A DNA stretch of 35,776 bases from a virus: the IMG/VR virus record IMGVR_UViG_3300045988_122132. One strand, written 5' to 3'. This document shows positions 13,445 to 23,232 of the stretch, one piece after another. Numbering within the stretch: position 1 is the stretch's first letter; each line of letters starts with the position of its first letter. The notes under the pieces were generated by a model that searched no databases, was not told the DNA's origin, and worked only from the letters and a program-made list of their open reading frames with translations. Made by a program: the position numbers and the translations under genes.

Positions 13445-13903
13445 TTATTCGTTGGTCAGCTTGGTGCGCGTGCCCGTGCCGACCTGATACCACAGGGCAT
13501 TGCTATATTGTGCCCATAGCTGTATATCCTTCGTTTTGTCGTTGGGGGCAAAGGCGTTTTTCAGCTTGGCTGTCCGCAGCGACGTTATACTTATGCTGAT
13601 ATTCGCGCTTCCGTCAAAGTTAGCTGTACCTTCTACGTCGCCAGTCAGTCGGATTTGTCGGGCAGTACTAAGCTTATTCGCGCTGCCTGCGGTGCTTGCC
13701 GTCCCTGCATTGATTGCCTTTATTGGCCGGCCTACCACATATTCAACAACATATGTGCCGTTATCCTCCAAAATTCGCACGCGGTCGCCCGCGTTAAAAA
13801 CAACGCCGCTGTTAACCTTATAATGCTTTTGGGATTCGCTGCCGTCGTCAAATGCCAGCGTCACCCCGTCGTCGTGCACGGCCTTTATGGTAGCAAAATT
13901 CAT
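13445..13903 (-). CDS. Tail fibre / baseplate-associated protein
   Basis: Start moved to the ATG at 13903 (RBS AAGGAGAATAACGGAATG; ATGA overlap). It contains the tail-fibre repeat motif ANKLSTARQIRLTGDVEGTANFDGSANISI. Confidence 0.65.
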   Translation of the reverse strand: MNFATIKAVHDDGVTLAFDDGSESQKHYKVNSGVVFNAGDRVRILEDNGTYVVEYVVGRPIKAINAGTASTAGSANKLSTARQIRLTGDVEGTANFDGSANISISITSLRTAKLKNAFAPNDKTKDIQLWAQYSNALWYQVGTGTRTKLTNE

Positions 13904-14994
13904 TCCGTTATTCTCCTTGCTTTGTGCTTCATCTTCCCGCCCGCACGCAGCTCCATGCTCCACGCGGTCTCTTGGTAAATCTCGTTTATGCCAAGCACGT
14001 CATGCTCAAATTGGTACACGTCTTTATAGCCGTGCATCGGCATAAGGCCCGTGGCAAAGTCTATGCCGTGCAAATCCGCCTCGGCTTCGATGGCACGGCG
14101 GCGCACATACGCATCAAGCTCCGCCTGTGTGCTTATGTCGCGTAGTTCGATTACTTCCGTCACTACTTGCCTGTTTTTGGTGCTTAATGGCGACTGCGGG
14201 TCGGCGTTTTCATACACCGCGCGCATGGGCGCGACTTCGGGGGACGATACATAGGCGATAAATCTGTTTGGCGTGTCAAAGTAGTCTACAGCCTCCTTGG
14301 CCTCGCCCATTATCACGCTGTCCTGCTTGGTGCTGTACTTGTACGCAATGTCGCTAAGCTCGATATCTCGCTGCTTGCGCGCGATAAAGATTCCGTTTGC
14401 GTCGGGGTGTATGGGCGTGTAATTTATTGCCGCCAAAAGCTCATTGATTATATCCAGCCTATATGCTCCTGGGGCATACTCAACCGCCTCGGCAATAGTG
14501 TCCTCCGCACCCTCGACGTTTGCGCGGGTTATGCCCGCACCGTACAGCACATTAAGCACTATGTCCGTGTAGCGCGTCCCTGCCGGATAGTATAGCCGCG
14601 TGGATATGCCGTCCGTCTTTAACAGTTGGTTAAGGTCGTATGCCTCTACTGTGCGCGATACCGTTTTCGCTTTCGCCACGCGCTCAGGCGACGACAGCAC
14701 AAAAACACCCAGCGGCCATTCTGCCCACGTATCACCCATGCGCAGCCCAAAGACGGGGCGGACACGCGCGCTGAGATAGTCTATTTCCTCGTCGTGCATT
14801 TCAAACAGCGCCGTGCGCATAATCGCTGCGGCGCTGTCAAATGTTATAGTCCCGCTGGATACGGTCGTTATGTCGCGCTTGTACTGCAAGTCGCGCCCCA
14901 GCAGTTCGTAGCGCACGCGGATTTGCCGCGTGGGTGCTACAAGCGCCGCCTGTATCTCTGCATCTGTATATCCTGCCCGTGCAAACTGCATCAT
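13900..14994 (-). CDS. Tail tip (Tal/hub-like) structural protein
   Basis: 364 aa, second gene after the tape measure. It is translationally coupled at both ends. Confidence 0.6.
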   Translation of the reverse strand: MMQFARAGYTDAEIQAALVAPTRQIRVRYELLGRDLQYKRDITTVSSGTITFDSAAAIMRTALFEMHDEEIDYLSARVRPVFGLRMGDTWAEWPLGVFVLSSPERVAKAKTVSRTVEAYDLNQLLKTDGISTRLYYPAGTRYTDIVLNVLYGAGITRANVEGAEDTIAEAVEYAPGAYRLDIINELLAAINYTPIHPDANGIFIARKQRDIELSDIAYKYSTKQDSVIMGEAKEAVDYFDTPNRFIAYVSSPEVAPMRAVYENADPQSPLSTKNRQVVTEVIELRDISTQAELDAYVRRRAIEAEADLHGIDFATGLMPMHGYKDVYQFEHDVLGINEIYQETAWSMELRAGGKMKHKARRITE

Positions 14995-16850
14995 ACTACC
15001 TCGCTATATTCGACTTCGTTTATGATAAACGACAGATTATATATCATGCCGTAGTAGTCTGCGGGCTGGTCGGAGGGGCTTATGCACACGCCGTACATTT
15101 TCATGCGTGCATTTCGATACAATATCGTTTTGCGCTGCCGTATCACCCGTTCAAGCGCCTTGTATGCGTCCTTGTCATTTGTGGCAAAGGATACCGTCAC
15201 AGACCTCTGGGCAAGCTGCCCAAATTCTGCCACGGGCTTTTCACGCCCCGAGTATTCCATCATGCTAACGTCATAATCGGTATAATACCTGTCCTGCACG
15301 TTGTAGCGCACTTCAAACGGATGCGAGGGGTCGTCCACGGGCGTAAGCCATCCCGTCGTCAGTTCAAACGTCGTGCGCTGCTGCGCGCCCTTGCTTTCGC
15401 CGCTGTCACTTACGGCTATAACCTTATATCGCACTTCGCCATCCATCACAGACCAGTCCTTATATTTTTTTGTCGTGGTGCTGCCGATGCGTATAAAATC
15501 CGTGTCGCCGGGGGCAAAGCGGTATATATCGTACCGCAGTATCCCCGTTTGATTATGGCTTATTATTATTTCAATGCCATCTTTTTTTTTTGAAAGGAAG
15601 AAGCTTGGCGTGGTCGGGATTATGTAATTTGCCGTTATGGCATCCTCTGCCCACGCACTGTAGTGCGCCGCCTCGTCCCGCGCCGATACGCGCACGGTGT
15701 ACTGCTCCCCGTTTTCAAGCGCGACGGGGATATCGTAAAATTGGTCGCTGCTCTCCGCTGTGATGTCCACTATGTAGGTCGCGCCCTTTAGGATTTGCAC
15801 CTTGTATGCGCTCTGCGTAAAGGTGGTCGTCCATATCAAGCGCGGTTTTGCCGATGTGAAAACGCTTGTCACTATACTTGGCGCGGTCGGTGCCGTGCCG
15901 TAGTATGCATATGCTTGGTCGCTGTAATCGCTGGGCGCGTCGTCTGTGTCTATGGTCTGCACGCGCCAGTAAAAATTACCGCTGGGGATTTTGGCAATCG
16001 GCACATCGGCATATTGGTTGGTGCTTGTCGCGGTGATTGTCTCCCACGTCAGGCCGTCACCCGATATTTGCAGATTGTAGCCCTTTTGCGGCAGATTGCT
16101 CTGCGGGCTGGGGTTATGCGCCCAGCTGAAGCGCACCACGCCGCCGCTTGGCGCGACCGTCTCGCCCAGTATCGGGCTTTTTACGGCTGGGGTTTGCGGG
16201 CAGTCTGCAATTACCGTTTCTATAAAGCTACGGTTTGATAGCTCATAGTCAGTATAATTCGTCCAAAAATGTGAATAGAAGTCATAAGCATAGTACTCTA
16301 ATGTGCCGTCTCTATATTTATACGCCACTTTGCCGGGGACACGATTTTCTATTGGATTATTTTCTGGCGTATATGCTGACATCTGGGCAAGATATATGCT
16401 GCCGTCGCTGGGCAAATCTTCTCCCTGTGGTAGCTCAAGTGTTATCCAGTCCCCGCTCGCTATCTCGCTCGGCATGGCGTTATACTCTTTTGCTACGCTC
16501 GCATAGCCAGCAACGTACTGCATGTAAGCAAAGCCTCTCGCGGGTATCGCCGGCGTTGGATTAACCTCGACCTCCCACGGGAACGTATTTATAGATTGCG
16601 TTGTGTATCCATCCGGTGGCGTTACAGATCGGGTAAATCTATTGCCATACTTTTCATTGGATGTACCCAGGTGTAGCTTTATAACGTGGGATATTACCTT
16701 CTTCCCCGCGGGGACAATAAGTCCGCTATAATCAAGCCTTGTTATCCCCTTTACATACTTCTGGCATTGTTCGGCAGAGCCGTCTACCCGGATTATGCTG
16801 TCTAACCCGATGCCGCCTGTAAAATATGTTTTTATGGTCGTTTTTGCCAT
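14991..16850 (-). CDS. Distal-tail (Dit-like) protein with FN3-like repeat insertions
   Basis: 619 aa immediately after the tape measure (TAATG overlap). It has repeated beta-rich modules of about 90 aa, and the C-terminal part resembles siphovirus distal tail proteins. Confidence 0.6.
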   Translation of the reverse strand: MAKTTIKTYFTGGIGLDSIIRVDGSAEQCQKYVKGITRLDYSGLIVPAGKKVISHVIKLHLGTSNEKYGNRFTRSVTPPDGYTTQSINTFPWEVEVNPTPAIPARGFAYMQYVAGYASVAKEYNAMPSEIASGDWITLELPQGEDLPSDGSIYLAQMSAYTPENNPIENRVPGKVAYKYRDGTLEYYAYDFYSHFWTNYTDYELSNRSFIETVIADCPQTPAVKSPILGETVAPSGGVVRFSWAHNPSPQSNLPQKGYNLQISGDGLTWETITATSTNQYADVPIAKIPSGNFYWRVQTIDTDDAPSDYSDQAYAYYGTAPTAPSIVTSVFTSAKPRLIWTTTFTQSAYKVQILKGATYIVDITAESSDQFYDIPVALENGEQYTVRVSARDEAAHYSAWAEDAITANYIIPTTPSFFLSKKKDGIEIIISHNQTGILRYDIYRFAPGDTDFIRIGSTTTKKYKDWSVMDGEVRYKVIAVSDSGESKGAQQRTTFELTTGWLTPVDDPSHPFEVRYNVQDRYYTDYDVSMMEYSGREKPVAEFGQLAQRSVTVSFATNDKDAYKALERVIRQRKTILYRNARMKMYGVCISPSDQPADYYGMIYNLSFIINEVEYSEVV

Positions 16851-18589
16851 TATTTCGCCCTTTCTGCCTGCCTTGCGCGTTTGAATGTTGCCGTCATTGC
16901 CGCCACGGTTTCCATGTCGCGCGATTGCACGGTCAAATAATAGTTATTCGTGCTGCCCATTCTGCGGCTGTCCTCTGCGCTGTATACCCTGCTCCCCTGC
17001 GGCAAGGATACCAGCTCCGGCCCGCGTTCGCCTACCCAAGTCAGCCCGCCGGGCCAGTAGTCCGTGCCGTCCGCGTTGCGGCCTATATTTCTCCCAAAGC
17101 CGCCGCTCCACGCCCGGGCGCTTGCTCCCTCGTCGCTAAAAACCTTGGCTATGTTTTCGCCATAGCGAGTAAGATTGCTGTCATCAAAGCCCTTGCCGCT
17201 GATAAGGTTAAATAGCTGCTTAAACAGCTCTATTACTATTGCTATCGTGTTGGCTACTATGGTCAGCGCGTCGGCCAGAACGCCCAGCGCAAGCGCAAGG
17301 GTTTGCAGCACAGGCACGCCATCCTCTGCCGTGCCGAAAAGCACATCAAAAAGCGGCTCGAGCGCGGATACCACGTCAAGCAGCGCACCGAAAACCTCTA
17401 AAATGCCCGACCCTTCGGCGGCTTCTTGCAGCCGCACGAATAGGTCGGTTCCTTTTTTCATTAGGTTTTCGACTGCCGGGGCCATGCCAACGGCAATTTG
17501 ATTCTTGAGGGCTTCGCCTGAGCGGTTCATTCGCTGTAGCTGGTCGTCAACCGCGCCTAAAGCATCTAATGCCTCTTCGCCCATTACATAGCCTACATCG
17601 TGCGCCTCTTGGGTGAGTTCGCGCAAGCCGTCGCTACCGGCTTTTATCAATGGGTTTAGGTCGCGTGCGGAACGCCCGAAGATGGTCATTGCTATCGCGT
17701 CGCGCTCAGTTTCGTTGCTTATAGCCCCAAGCGCGTCTATTGCATCGCCAAAGACATCTTGTGCATCGCGCAGCGTGCCGTCCGCATTTTGCACGCTAAT
17801 GCCCAGCTTGTCAAAGGCTTCCGCTTGCTCTTTGCTGCCGCGCCGTGCCGCGTCCATGCTCCTTATCATTTTTGCTTGGCTTGAAGTCAGCGTATCCAGC
17901 GATACATCCACAAGCTCGGCGGCATACTGATATTCTTGTAGCGCTTCGGTCGATAGCCCCGTCACCACGGATTGCGTAAGTATTTCATCCGCGTATGCCG
18001 CTGATTCTATAGTTAGGTTTATAAGCGCTTTTTCGGCTTCTACAACCGCCGCGGCCACTGCGGCAAAGCTCCCCGCAAGCACAAGTGTCTGCGCATCAAG
18101 GTTAAGCATCCCGTTAAGGGTGTTGGTCATTTCCTTTGGCAGACTTATGCCGAATTTGCCGCCGATATCGTTAAGCGCGTCGCCAAGGTCTTGGGTGTTT
18201 TCTTCTGCCTTGCTTTCTTCTTGCCCAAAGTTTTCTACGGCATCCTTGCTTTCTTCGAGCGCGCGTTTTTGTTTCAGCAGGGCGGCTTCGGTGTCTTTTA
18301 CTGCTTTGGCCATGCGCATGGTGCGGGCATCATTTTCGCCGTATGCTTCCGTCAGTTTTTTTAATCGTTCCTGCTGCAGCTCCTGCTTCTTCGTCAATTC
18401 ACCGACAATTTTATTAAGATTTTTGTTTGTTGTGGTTAATGCCTCGAGGCTATCCTCATTGCCCTTGAATTGTTCCTGTAGCCTTTTGCTTTCAGCGTTA
18501 AGTATATTCAGGCTACCGTTTATGTTGCCAAGCGCTTGCCTATATTCTTTTTCGCCCTCTGCGATAAATCGTGTTCTAATATTCGGCAT
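16850..18589 (-). CDS. Tail tape measure protein
   Basis: 579 aa, Ala/Leu/Glu-rich and helical, with a Gly-rich C-terminus. It follows the G/T chaperone pair. Confidence 0.85.
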   Translation of the reverse strand: MPNIRTRFIAEGEKEYRQALGNINGSLNILNAESKRLQEQFKGNEDSLEALTTTNKNLNKIVGELTKKQELQQERLKKLTEAYGENDARTMRMAKAVKDTEAALLKQKRALEESKDAVENFGQEESKAEENTQDLGDALNDIGGKFGISLPKEMTNTLNGMLNLDAQTLVLAGSFAAVAAAVVEAEKALINLTIESAAYADEILTQSVVTGLSTEALQEYQYAAELVDVSLDTLTSSQAKMIRSMDAARRGSKEQAEAFDKLGISVQNADGTLRDAQDVFGDAIDALGAISNETERDAIAMTIFGRSARDLNPLIKAGSDGLRELTQEAHDVGYVMGEEALDALGAVDDQLQRMNRSGEALKNQIAVGMAPAVENLMKKGTDLFVRLQEAAEGSGILEVFGALLDVVSALEPLFDVLFGTAEDGVPVLQTLALALGVLADALTIVANTIAIVIELFKQLFNLISGKGFDDSNLTRYGENIAKVFSDEGASARAWSGGFGRNIGRNADGTDYWPGGLTWVGERGPELVSLPQGSRVYSAEDSRRMGSTNNYYLTVQSRDMETVAAMTATFKRARQAERAK

Positions 18590-18593
18590 CGCT

Positions 18594-19099
18594 TTATACT
18601 CCTAAATAGTCTGCAAGGCTTACGGGCTTTTCAGCCTCTTTCGCCTTGCCTATCTCTTTATACGCTGTTAATATTTTCGCTATGCGGTATGGCGTTGCAG
18701 TTGCCCAAAAATCACGCTCGGGCAGCCGTAACGCCATCACCCACACAGCAAGATACCATGCAAAATTCAGCGGTTCGCCGCTGTCTCCGTTTTTTTTTCT
18801 GTGTCCTCGCCTTTCAGCGCATCGGTCACAAGGGGCAGCACAACGCCGCTTATACAGCCCAGCTGGCTTATAGGGATTTCGCGCCCTACCTCGCGCACGG
18901 TCAAGTCGCCGTCCGTAGCGTCATTTATCATTGCCGTCAAAAATGTCAGCGTTGCCCGTATGGTGCTGCCCTTAAAGGCGCGGGATATGTCGCCGCCGTA
19001 GGCTTCTTGCACATCCGCCAAAACGTTCATGTTGCAGCACAGCTTTATTTTTTCTCCGCGCCACTCAAACGGTGCGGTTTTAAGCCTAATGTCGTCCAT
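18594..19099 (-). CDS. Tail assembly chaperone, -1 frameshift product (gpGT-like)
   Basis: A slip on GAAAAAAAAAC (18790..18798) opens the -1 frame. That frame reads NGDSGEPLNFAWYLAVWVMALRLPERDFWATATPYRIAKILTAYKEIGKAKEAEKPVSLADYLGV without a stop, down to the TAA at 18594..18596. Confidence 0.65.
18767..19099 (-). CDS. Tail assembly chaperone (gpG-like)
   Basis: 110 aa between the major tail and tape measure genes. It ends just after an A9 slippery run. Confidence 0.75.
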   Translation of the reverse strand: MDDIRLKTAPFEWRGEKIKLCCNMNVLADVQEAYGGDISRAFKGSTIRATLTFLTAMINDATDGDLTVREVGREIPISQLGCISGVVLPLVTDALKGEDTEKKTETAANR

Positions 19100-19108
19100 G
19101 TGGCCTCC

Positions 19109-19690
19109 TTACGCGCTCGCGCCAAAGCAAGCATTTATCCATGCTATAGCCCCAGCGGCATCGTCAAGCACGGCCACCTCCATGATGTCCTGCGTTTCCG
19201 CATCACTTGGCAAAAACTCGCCCGTCGTTGTCGGGGTCTGAAATTGTATGTTTTCGCCTTTGGTCTGCAAATTCATCGCAGGCTGGCCGAAAAGCACCTT
19301 ATGCACAAAGCAAGCCGTTACCTTGTTCGAGCCGTCCCGCATATCGGGCGCATAAAAGCCAAGGCCGACATACTTGGGCGTATCCTTCGCTGTAGTCAAA
19401 AGGCTTTTGGTTGCCGTGGTGGATATGGTGCGGGATTTTTCGGTTACGCCGAACATCAGCTTCTGGGCATCGTCGGGTATGTACTTCACGCCCGCGGATA
19501 TCGTGCCGCCCGTCACCTGTTTCATATATTCGGCAAGCTTACCCTCTGCATATAGTCTGCCCTCGGCGGACGTAAGATTAAGCTGCACGGTCATAGCGTC
19601 ACCCATACTCGTGAGAGTGTCGTATGTCACCGTGCCGCTTGCGTTTTTGTACTCGGCCACTTTCAGGCCGCGCAAGTCAAAAGTAGGCAT
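19109..19690 (-). CDS. Major tail protein
   Basis: 193 aa in the position and size expected for a siphovirus major tail protein. N-terminus MPTFDLRGLKVAEYKNASGTVTYD. Confidence 0.8.
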   Translation of the reverse strand: MPTFDLRGLKVAEYKNASGTVTYDTLTSMGDAMTVQLNLTSAEGRLYAEGKLAEYMKQVTGGTISAGVKYIPDDAQKLMFGVTEKSRTISTTATKSLLTTAKDTPKYVGLGFYAPDMRDGSNKVTACFVHKVLFGQPAMNLQTKGENIQFQTPTTTGEFLPSDAETQDIMEVAVLDDAAGAIAWINACFGASA

Positions 19691-20116
19691 TTAATTTAGT
19701 CCTTTCTCCTTCAGGTATTGTTCTGTTTTCTTCTCCATCAGTTCTTCGTATTCTTTGCGGGCTTGTTCTTCCGCTTCCGTCCAAAAATGCGTACCGCGGC
19801 AATTCGACCGCCCGTAGTTCAGGACATATGCGATATAGCTGTTTGCGGTGCCCTTCGAGTTTCTTTTTCTTTTCCCAGTAGCTTTGACCTCGCTGTATTT
19901 TTGCCCGTCCTTGTCTTTGCCTTTTGTGATTTTGATAGACCTTAACAGCTCGCCCGTTCTGACGTGATGGTGCCGCGTTATGCTTTCCTCGATTTTTTTC
20001 TTTGCGATTTCACCGCCATCTACAAGCAAATTGTCCACAAAGTCCGCTATGCCGTCCTCGGTCGTGTGCAAGGCGTTTTGTATGGCGTCTATGCCATCCA
20101 CATACATCTTAGCCAT
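19691..20116 (-). CDS. HK97 gp10-like neck/tail component
   Basis: 141 aa. Contains RHHHVRTGELLRSIK and a basic K/R-rich loop. It lies in the head-tail joining block. Confidence 0.6.
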   Translation of the reverse strand: MAKMYVDGIDAIQNALHTTEDGIADFVDNLLVDGGEIAKKKIEESITRHHHVRTGELLRSIKITKGKDKDGQKYSEVKATGKRKRNSKGTANSYIAYVLNYGRSNCRGTHFWTEAEEQARKEYEELMEKKTEQYLKEKGLN

Positions 20117-20432
20117 ATATACCGCCTATATGCGTCGCCGTCATGGGGATATGATATAGCCCCGTATCCGGCTCGTAGTCCTCGGCGTTCACGGTGCAAG
20201 TCCATCCCGCCGCCTGCAAAAGTCGCTTGATTTCAAGCAGCTTCGCCTCAAACGGCACGATCTTGGTATAGTAGTCCACGGCGTACAGCACAGACGTTTC
20301 AGCCTCGGTTCCTTCGGCGTACAACGTTGTCGATTGGGTGATAAGCTGATAGGTTACATACTCGGTCGCGTCGCCCATGTAGGGCGGGTGGCATACGGTG
20401 TATTTGTCTTGCAATATTTCCGCAATCGTCAT
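20109..20432 (-). CDS. Head-tail joining / tail completion protein (hypothetical structural)
   Basis: 107 aa; assigned by position in the connector block and overlapping stop/start codons. Confidence 0.5.
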   Translation of the reverse strand: MTIAEILQDKYTVCHPPYMGDATEYVTYQLITQSTTLYAEGTEAETSVLYAVDYYTKIVPFEAKLLEIKRLLQAAGWTCTVNAEDYEPDTGLYHIPMTATHIGGIYG

Positions 20433-20782
20433 GCCGTCACCACCCTTTGTACTTTGATCTCCAAAAATTCGCAGCGGTCGTTGACGTTGTTGATGCTTAT
20501 CACCTCATATGGTTCCGTGTCTCTCTCCCGCCATATGCGGCTTTTGACCGTCACCAACGGCGAATAGCGCATGATTATCGTTGCGGGTTCGCGTAAACGC
20601 AGCTCAGCGGCCTGGTATATCTCCGCGCCGTGCGCGTTAACCCACTTGCACCACACAGGCCGCGAAAATGCGTTCACAAATTCTTCGCGGCTAAAGCCGT
20701 CCCTTATGGTATATACGGGGTTTTTTACGGTGATTTTTGTTCGCATCTCGCCCGCGTTTGCGCGTGCCGCCATCAAAACCAC
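20429..20782 (-). CDS. Head-tail adaptor (head closure) protein
   Basis: MRTKITVKNPVYTIRDGFSREEFVNAFSRPVWCKWVNAHGAEIYQAAE resembles SPP1-family adaptors. Alternative starts are at 20773 and 20746. Confidence 0.65.
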   Translation of the reverse strand: MVLMAARANAGEMRTKITVKNPVYTIRDGFSREEFVNAFSRPVWCKWVNAHGAEIYQAAELRLREPATIIMRYSPLVTVKSRIWRERDTEPYEVISINNVNDRCEFLEIKVQRVVTA

Positions 20783-21273
20783 CAGCCTTTGTATTGCCGC
20801 AGCATGGCCTGCGCCGCCGTGTCAACCTCGCTTGTATTTGCGGTTGTTACGGCCTCGCGGTTGGCGTACCAATGCCCAATCAGCAGCAGCATTGCCTGCC
20901 GTACCATAAACGGCACATGCCCGCCCGCCGTGTATGTGATAGTCGCATTAGGTTCGTTGACCGTCACCGTTCCGCGCCGCAAGTCCGCCGTATACTCCAC
21001 GGCCTTGCCGTCTACCGTCACGCCGTCAATACTTTTTACCGGGCAACGCGGCAGTTCGGTTGTTCCTGCCGCGTCCGTCAATGCGGTTATTTTCTGTGGC
21101 GCAAACGCGCGGCCCGTATAGTTTTCGCAGTATTCCCGCGCCGCAGCGATAAGCGGCAAAATTATCAGCATATCCTCGCTGTTATCGTCGGGGTTAATGC
21201 GTAGATGCATCTTTGCCGCGTCGAGCGTTACAGCCTCGTTTATTATTGTTTGCGTCAAAATTTGTGCCGCCAT
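20773..21273 (-). CDS. gp6-like head-tail connector protein
   Basis: 166 aa; first gene after the capsid gene. Contains the typical LDAAKMHLRI...LIAAAREYCENYTGRAF pattern. Confidence 0.65.
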   Translation of the reverse strand: MAAQILTQTIINEAVTLDAAKMHLRINPDDNSEDMLIILPLIAAAREYCENYTGRAFAPQKITALTDAAGTTELPRCPVKSIDGVTVDGKAVEYTADLRRGTVTVNEPNATITYTAGGHVPFMVRQAMLLLIGHWYANREAVTTANTSEVDTAAQAMLRQYKGWWF

Positions 21274-21291
21274 ATCTAACCTCCGTTCTTA

Positions 21292-21312
21292 CGCGGGGCA
21301 AAACGCCCCGCG
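21292..21312 (-). terminator. Stem-loop downstream of the major capsid gene
   Basis: CGCGGGGC-aaaac-GCCCCGCG is an 8-bp stem with no clear U-tract. It is more likely a partial terminator or mRNA stabiliser. Confidence 0.4.
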
Positions 21313-21320
21313 TGTTCGTC

Positions 21321-22511
21321 TTATGAGCCCTTAATTTTAAGGCGGGCAAACGCTTCGCCTACTACGGGCGCGCCGTCGCCGAAGTACTCGACCAGATAGC
21401 CGATTGAGTTATTCGGCGCATACAGCTCGTTGAGCACCTGTATGTACAGGCCGTCGCCGTCGCAAATCATATAGCCCGTCCTAAAGTCACCGTATACCGC
21501 GGCGTACTTGCCCGCCGTGTAGGTGTTGGGTGCGTATTCGCTCATGTACACGGGTGCTCCGAGCAGCCTGTCAGGCTGTCCCATCTGTACGGACGGCTGC
21601 CATATATACTGGCCGTCGCTGCCCTTGAGCTTGGCCAACGTCTTGCACAGGTCGCGGTGCATCACCCAGGACGCATTGCGCGTATACTGCCCCTTAACCG
21701 CGTACTTGGTTTCGATCATATCGTCTGCGGTTATTGCAGCCGCGGCGCTCGTAATGTCGCGGGCTTCAGGTACTCCGTTCGCGCTTGCAACAAAAACGCC
21801 GAGCGGGCCGTTAGTGCCCGCGCCGTTCATGTAGGCATTCTCCTGCGCGGCTTCGACCTTATAGAGTATCCTGTCAAGCACCGTCTGGTCGGGCGAGGGC
21901 GCGTGCCGCATAAGGGTTCGGGATATCTTTATCAGCTTCGCAAGGCGCTGGGGTTTGAACTCCCTGCGGCCAAACGAAATAGTTGCTTCTTCGGGCGCTG
22001 CCGCAATTTCGGTTGTCCATTCGATGTCGGACGCATCGGCGGTGAGCGTCGGGTAACCAAGGCTCTGCGCATTGCCGATGGGGCCGACAACATCGCAAAT
22101 CTGGCGCATAAACATATCGTCTTTCAGTCCGGCTATCAGCCTGTTTACAAACTCAACGGGGGCGGTCAGATAACCCGCGTTGGCATTCGTGCCGAGGGTC
22201 TGTGTGGTATTGCGATACGCAGCTATGTCGCCCTGGTCGCCCCGCAAGGCGCGGCCAAACATATCCACGATTTTGTTTTTGGCATTGTCCCGCTGTACAT
22301 CGGCCACTTCTCCGGCGGCGCGCTCGCGTTCAAGCTGCTTCTGTTCGCGGGTTATGCTCGCATTAAGCTTGTCAAACTCTTTTTCAAGCCTGTCATACGT
22401 TGCCTTATCGTCCGCGTTCATTTCCTCCGCATCATTGCGGTTCATCACCTCGCGCAGCTGGGCGGTTATCTTCGCCCTCTCCTGCATCATCTCATAAATT
22501 TCTTTTGCCAT
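21321..22511 (-). CDS. Major capsid protein, HK97 family
   Basis: 396 aa with an N-terminal coiled-coil delta-like region followed by the capsid body. It follows a ClpP-like prohead protease. Confidence 0.85.
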   Translation of the reverse strand: MAKEIYEMMQERAKITAQLREVMNRNDAEEMNADDKATYDRLEKEFDKLNASITREQKQLERERAAGEVADVQRDNAKNKIVDMFGRALRGDQGDIAAYRNTTQTLGTNANAGYLTAPVEFVNRLIAGLKDDMFMRQICDVVGPIGNAQSLGYPTLTADASDIEWTTEIAAAPEEATISFGRREFKPQRLAKLIKISRTLMRHAPSPDQTVLDRILYKVEAAQENAYMNGAGTNGPLGVFVASANGVPEARDITSAAAAITADDMIETKYAVKGQYTRNASWVMHRDLCKTLAKLKGSDGQYIWQPSVQMGQPDRLLGAPVYMSEYAPNTYTAGKYAAVYGDFRTGYMICDGDGLYIQVLNELYAPNNSIGYLVEYFGDGAPVVGEAFARLKIKGS

Positions 22512-22512
22512 T

Positions 22513-23232
22513 TCATACCTCCAAAATTTTTAATCTCATGGCCTTAAACCTTTCGCGCTGTTCCGCCAGCGCTGCGTTTGCTGTATCTGTTGTGGGCTGG
22601 ATTTCTCCCCCATTATCAGGCTCGTTTATATCGGGCGCATGCTTATAGCGGGCAAATATTTTGCCCGTGTTTGCGCACGCCGCTATTTTTTTATTCTCAA
22701 TCAGCTCATCCGCGAAAGCCGCTTCTTTTGCTTCCTTGCCGCTCATCCACGTCTCCGCGCTCATCATGGCTGCTATTTCATCCTTGTCCTTGCCCGTGCG
22801 GGCGGCGTATATGTCCGCAATCTGCCCGTTAAGTCGTTCAAGCTCGTCAGCGGTTTTCCGCAAATCCTCTGCGCCGCCGCCTGTATATGTCCATGCGTTA
22901 TGTATCATCAGCGTTGCATTTTCGGGCATTTTTATGATGTCGCCCGCCATTGCTATGACGGATGCAGCGGAGGCCGCAAGGCCGTCTATGTGGACGGTCT
23001 TTTCCGCCTTGTGTCGCCGTAAAATGTTGTAAATGCTGAATCCTGCAAAAATATCGCCGCCGGGACTGTTTATGTAGACATCAAGCGCGGATATATCCCC
23101 AAGCGCCGCAAGGTCTTTCTGAAATTGAGCGGGAGTCACTTCGTCGCCCCACCATGAAATATCGCTAATTTCGCCGTACAAAAAAAGCTCCCCTGCATTG
23201 CCGAGAGCCTTAAAATCCCAAAATTTATGCAC
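22513..23232 (-). CDS. Prohead (head maturation) protease, ClpP-like
   Basis: The segment INSPGGDIFAGFSIYNILRRH...GLAASAASVIAMAG is a ClpP/S14-type serine protease pattern. Confidence 0.85.
   Translation of the reverse strand: MHKFWDFKALGNAGELFLYGEISDISWWGDEVTPAQFQKDLAALGDISALDVYINSPGGDIFAGFSIYNILRRHKAEKTVHIDGLAASAASVIAMAGDIIKMPENATLMIHNAWTYTGGGAEDLRKTADELERLNGQIADIYAARTGKDKDEIAAMMSAETWMSGKEAKEAAFADELIENKKIAACANTGKIFARYKHAPDINEPDNGGEIQPTTDTANAALAEQRERFKAMRLKILEV

Noticed and set aside
12206-16850. Diversity-generating retroelement or retron targeting the tail-fibre region.
   Set aside because: No reverse transcriptase ORF exists anywhere in the window, and I found no template/variable repeat pair with adenine-specific mismatches.
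18536-19555. Long antisense ORFs opposite well-supported genes. Examples are 18536..19555 (339 aa), 21657..22547 (296 aa), 10956..11873 (305 aa), 27098..27943 (281 aa), 5408..6040 and 6084..6740.
   Set aside because: These are shadow ORFs typical of GC-rich coding DNA. They have Arg/Ala/Gly/His-biased composition and no RBS, and each is fully nested opposite a gene with clear motifs or module context.
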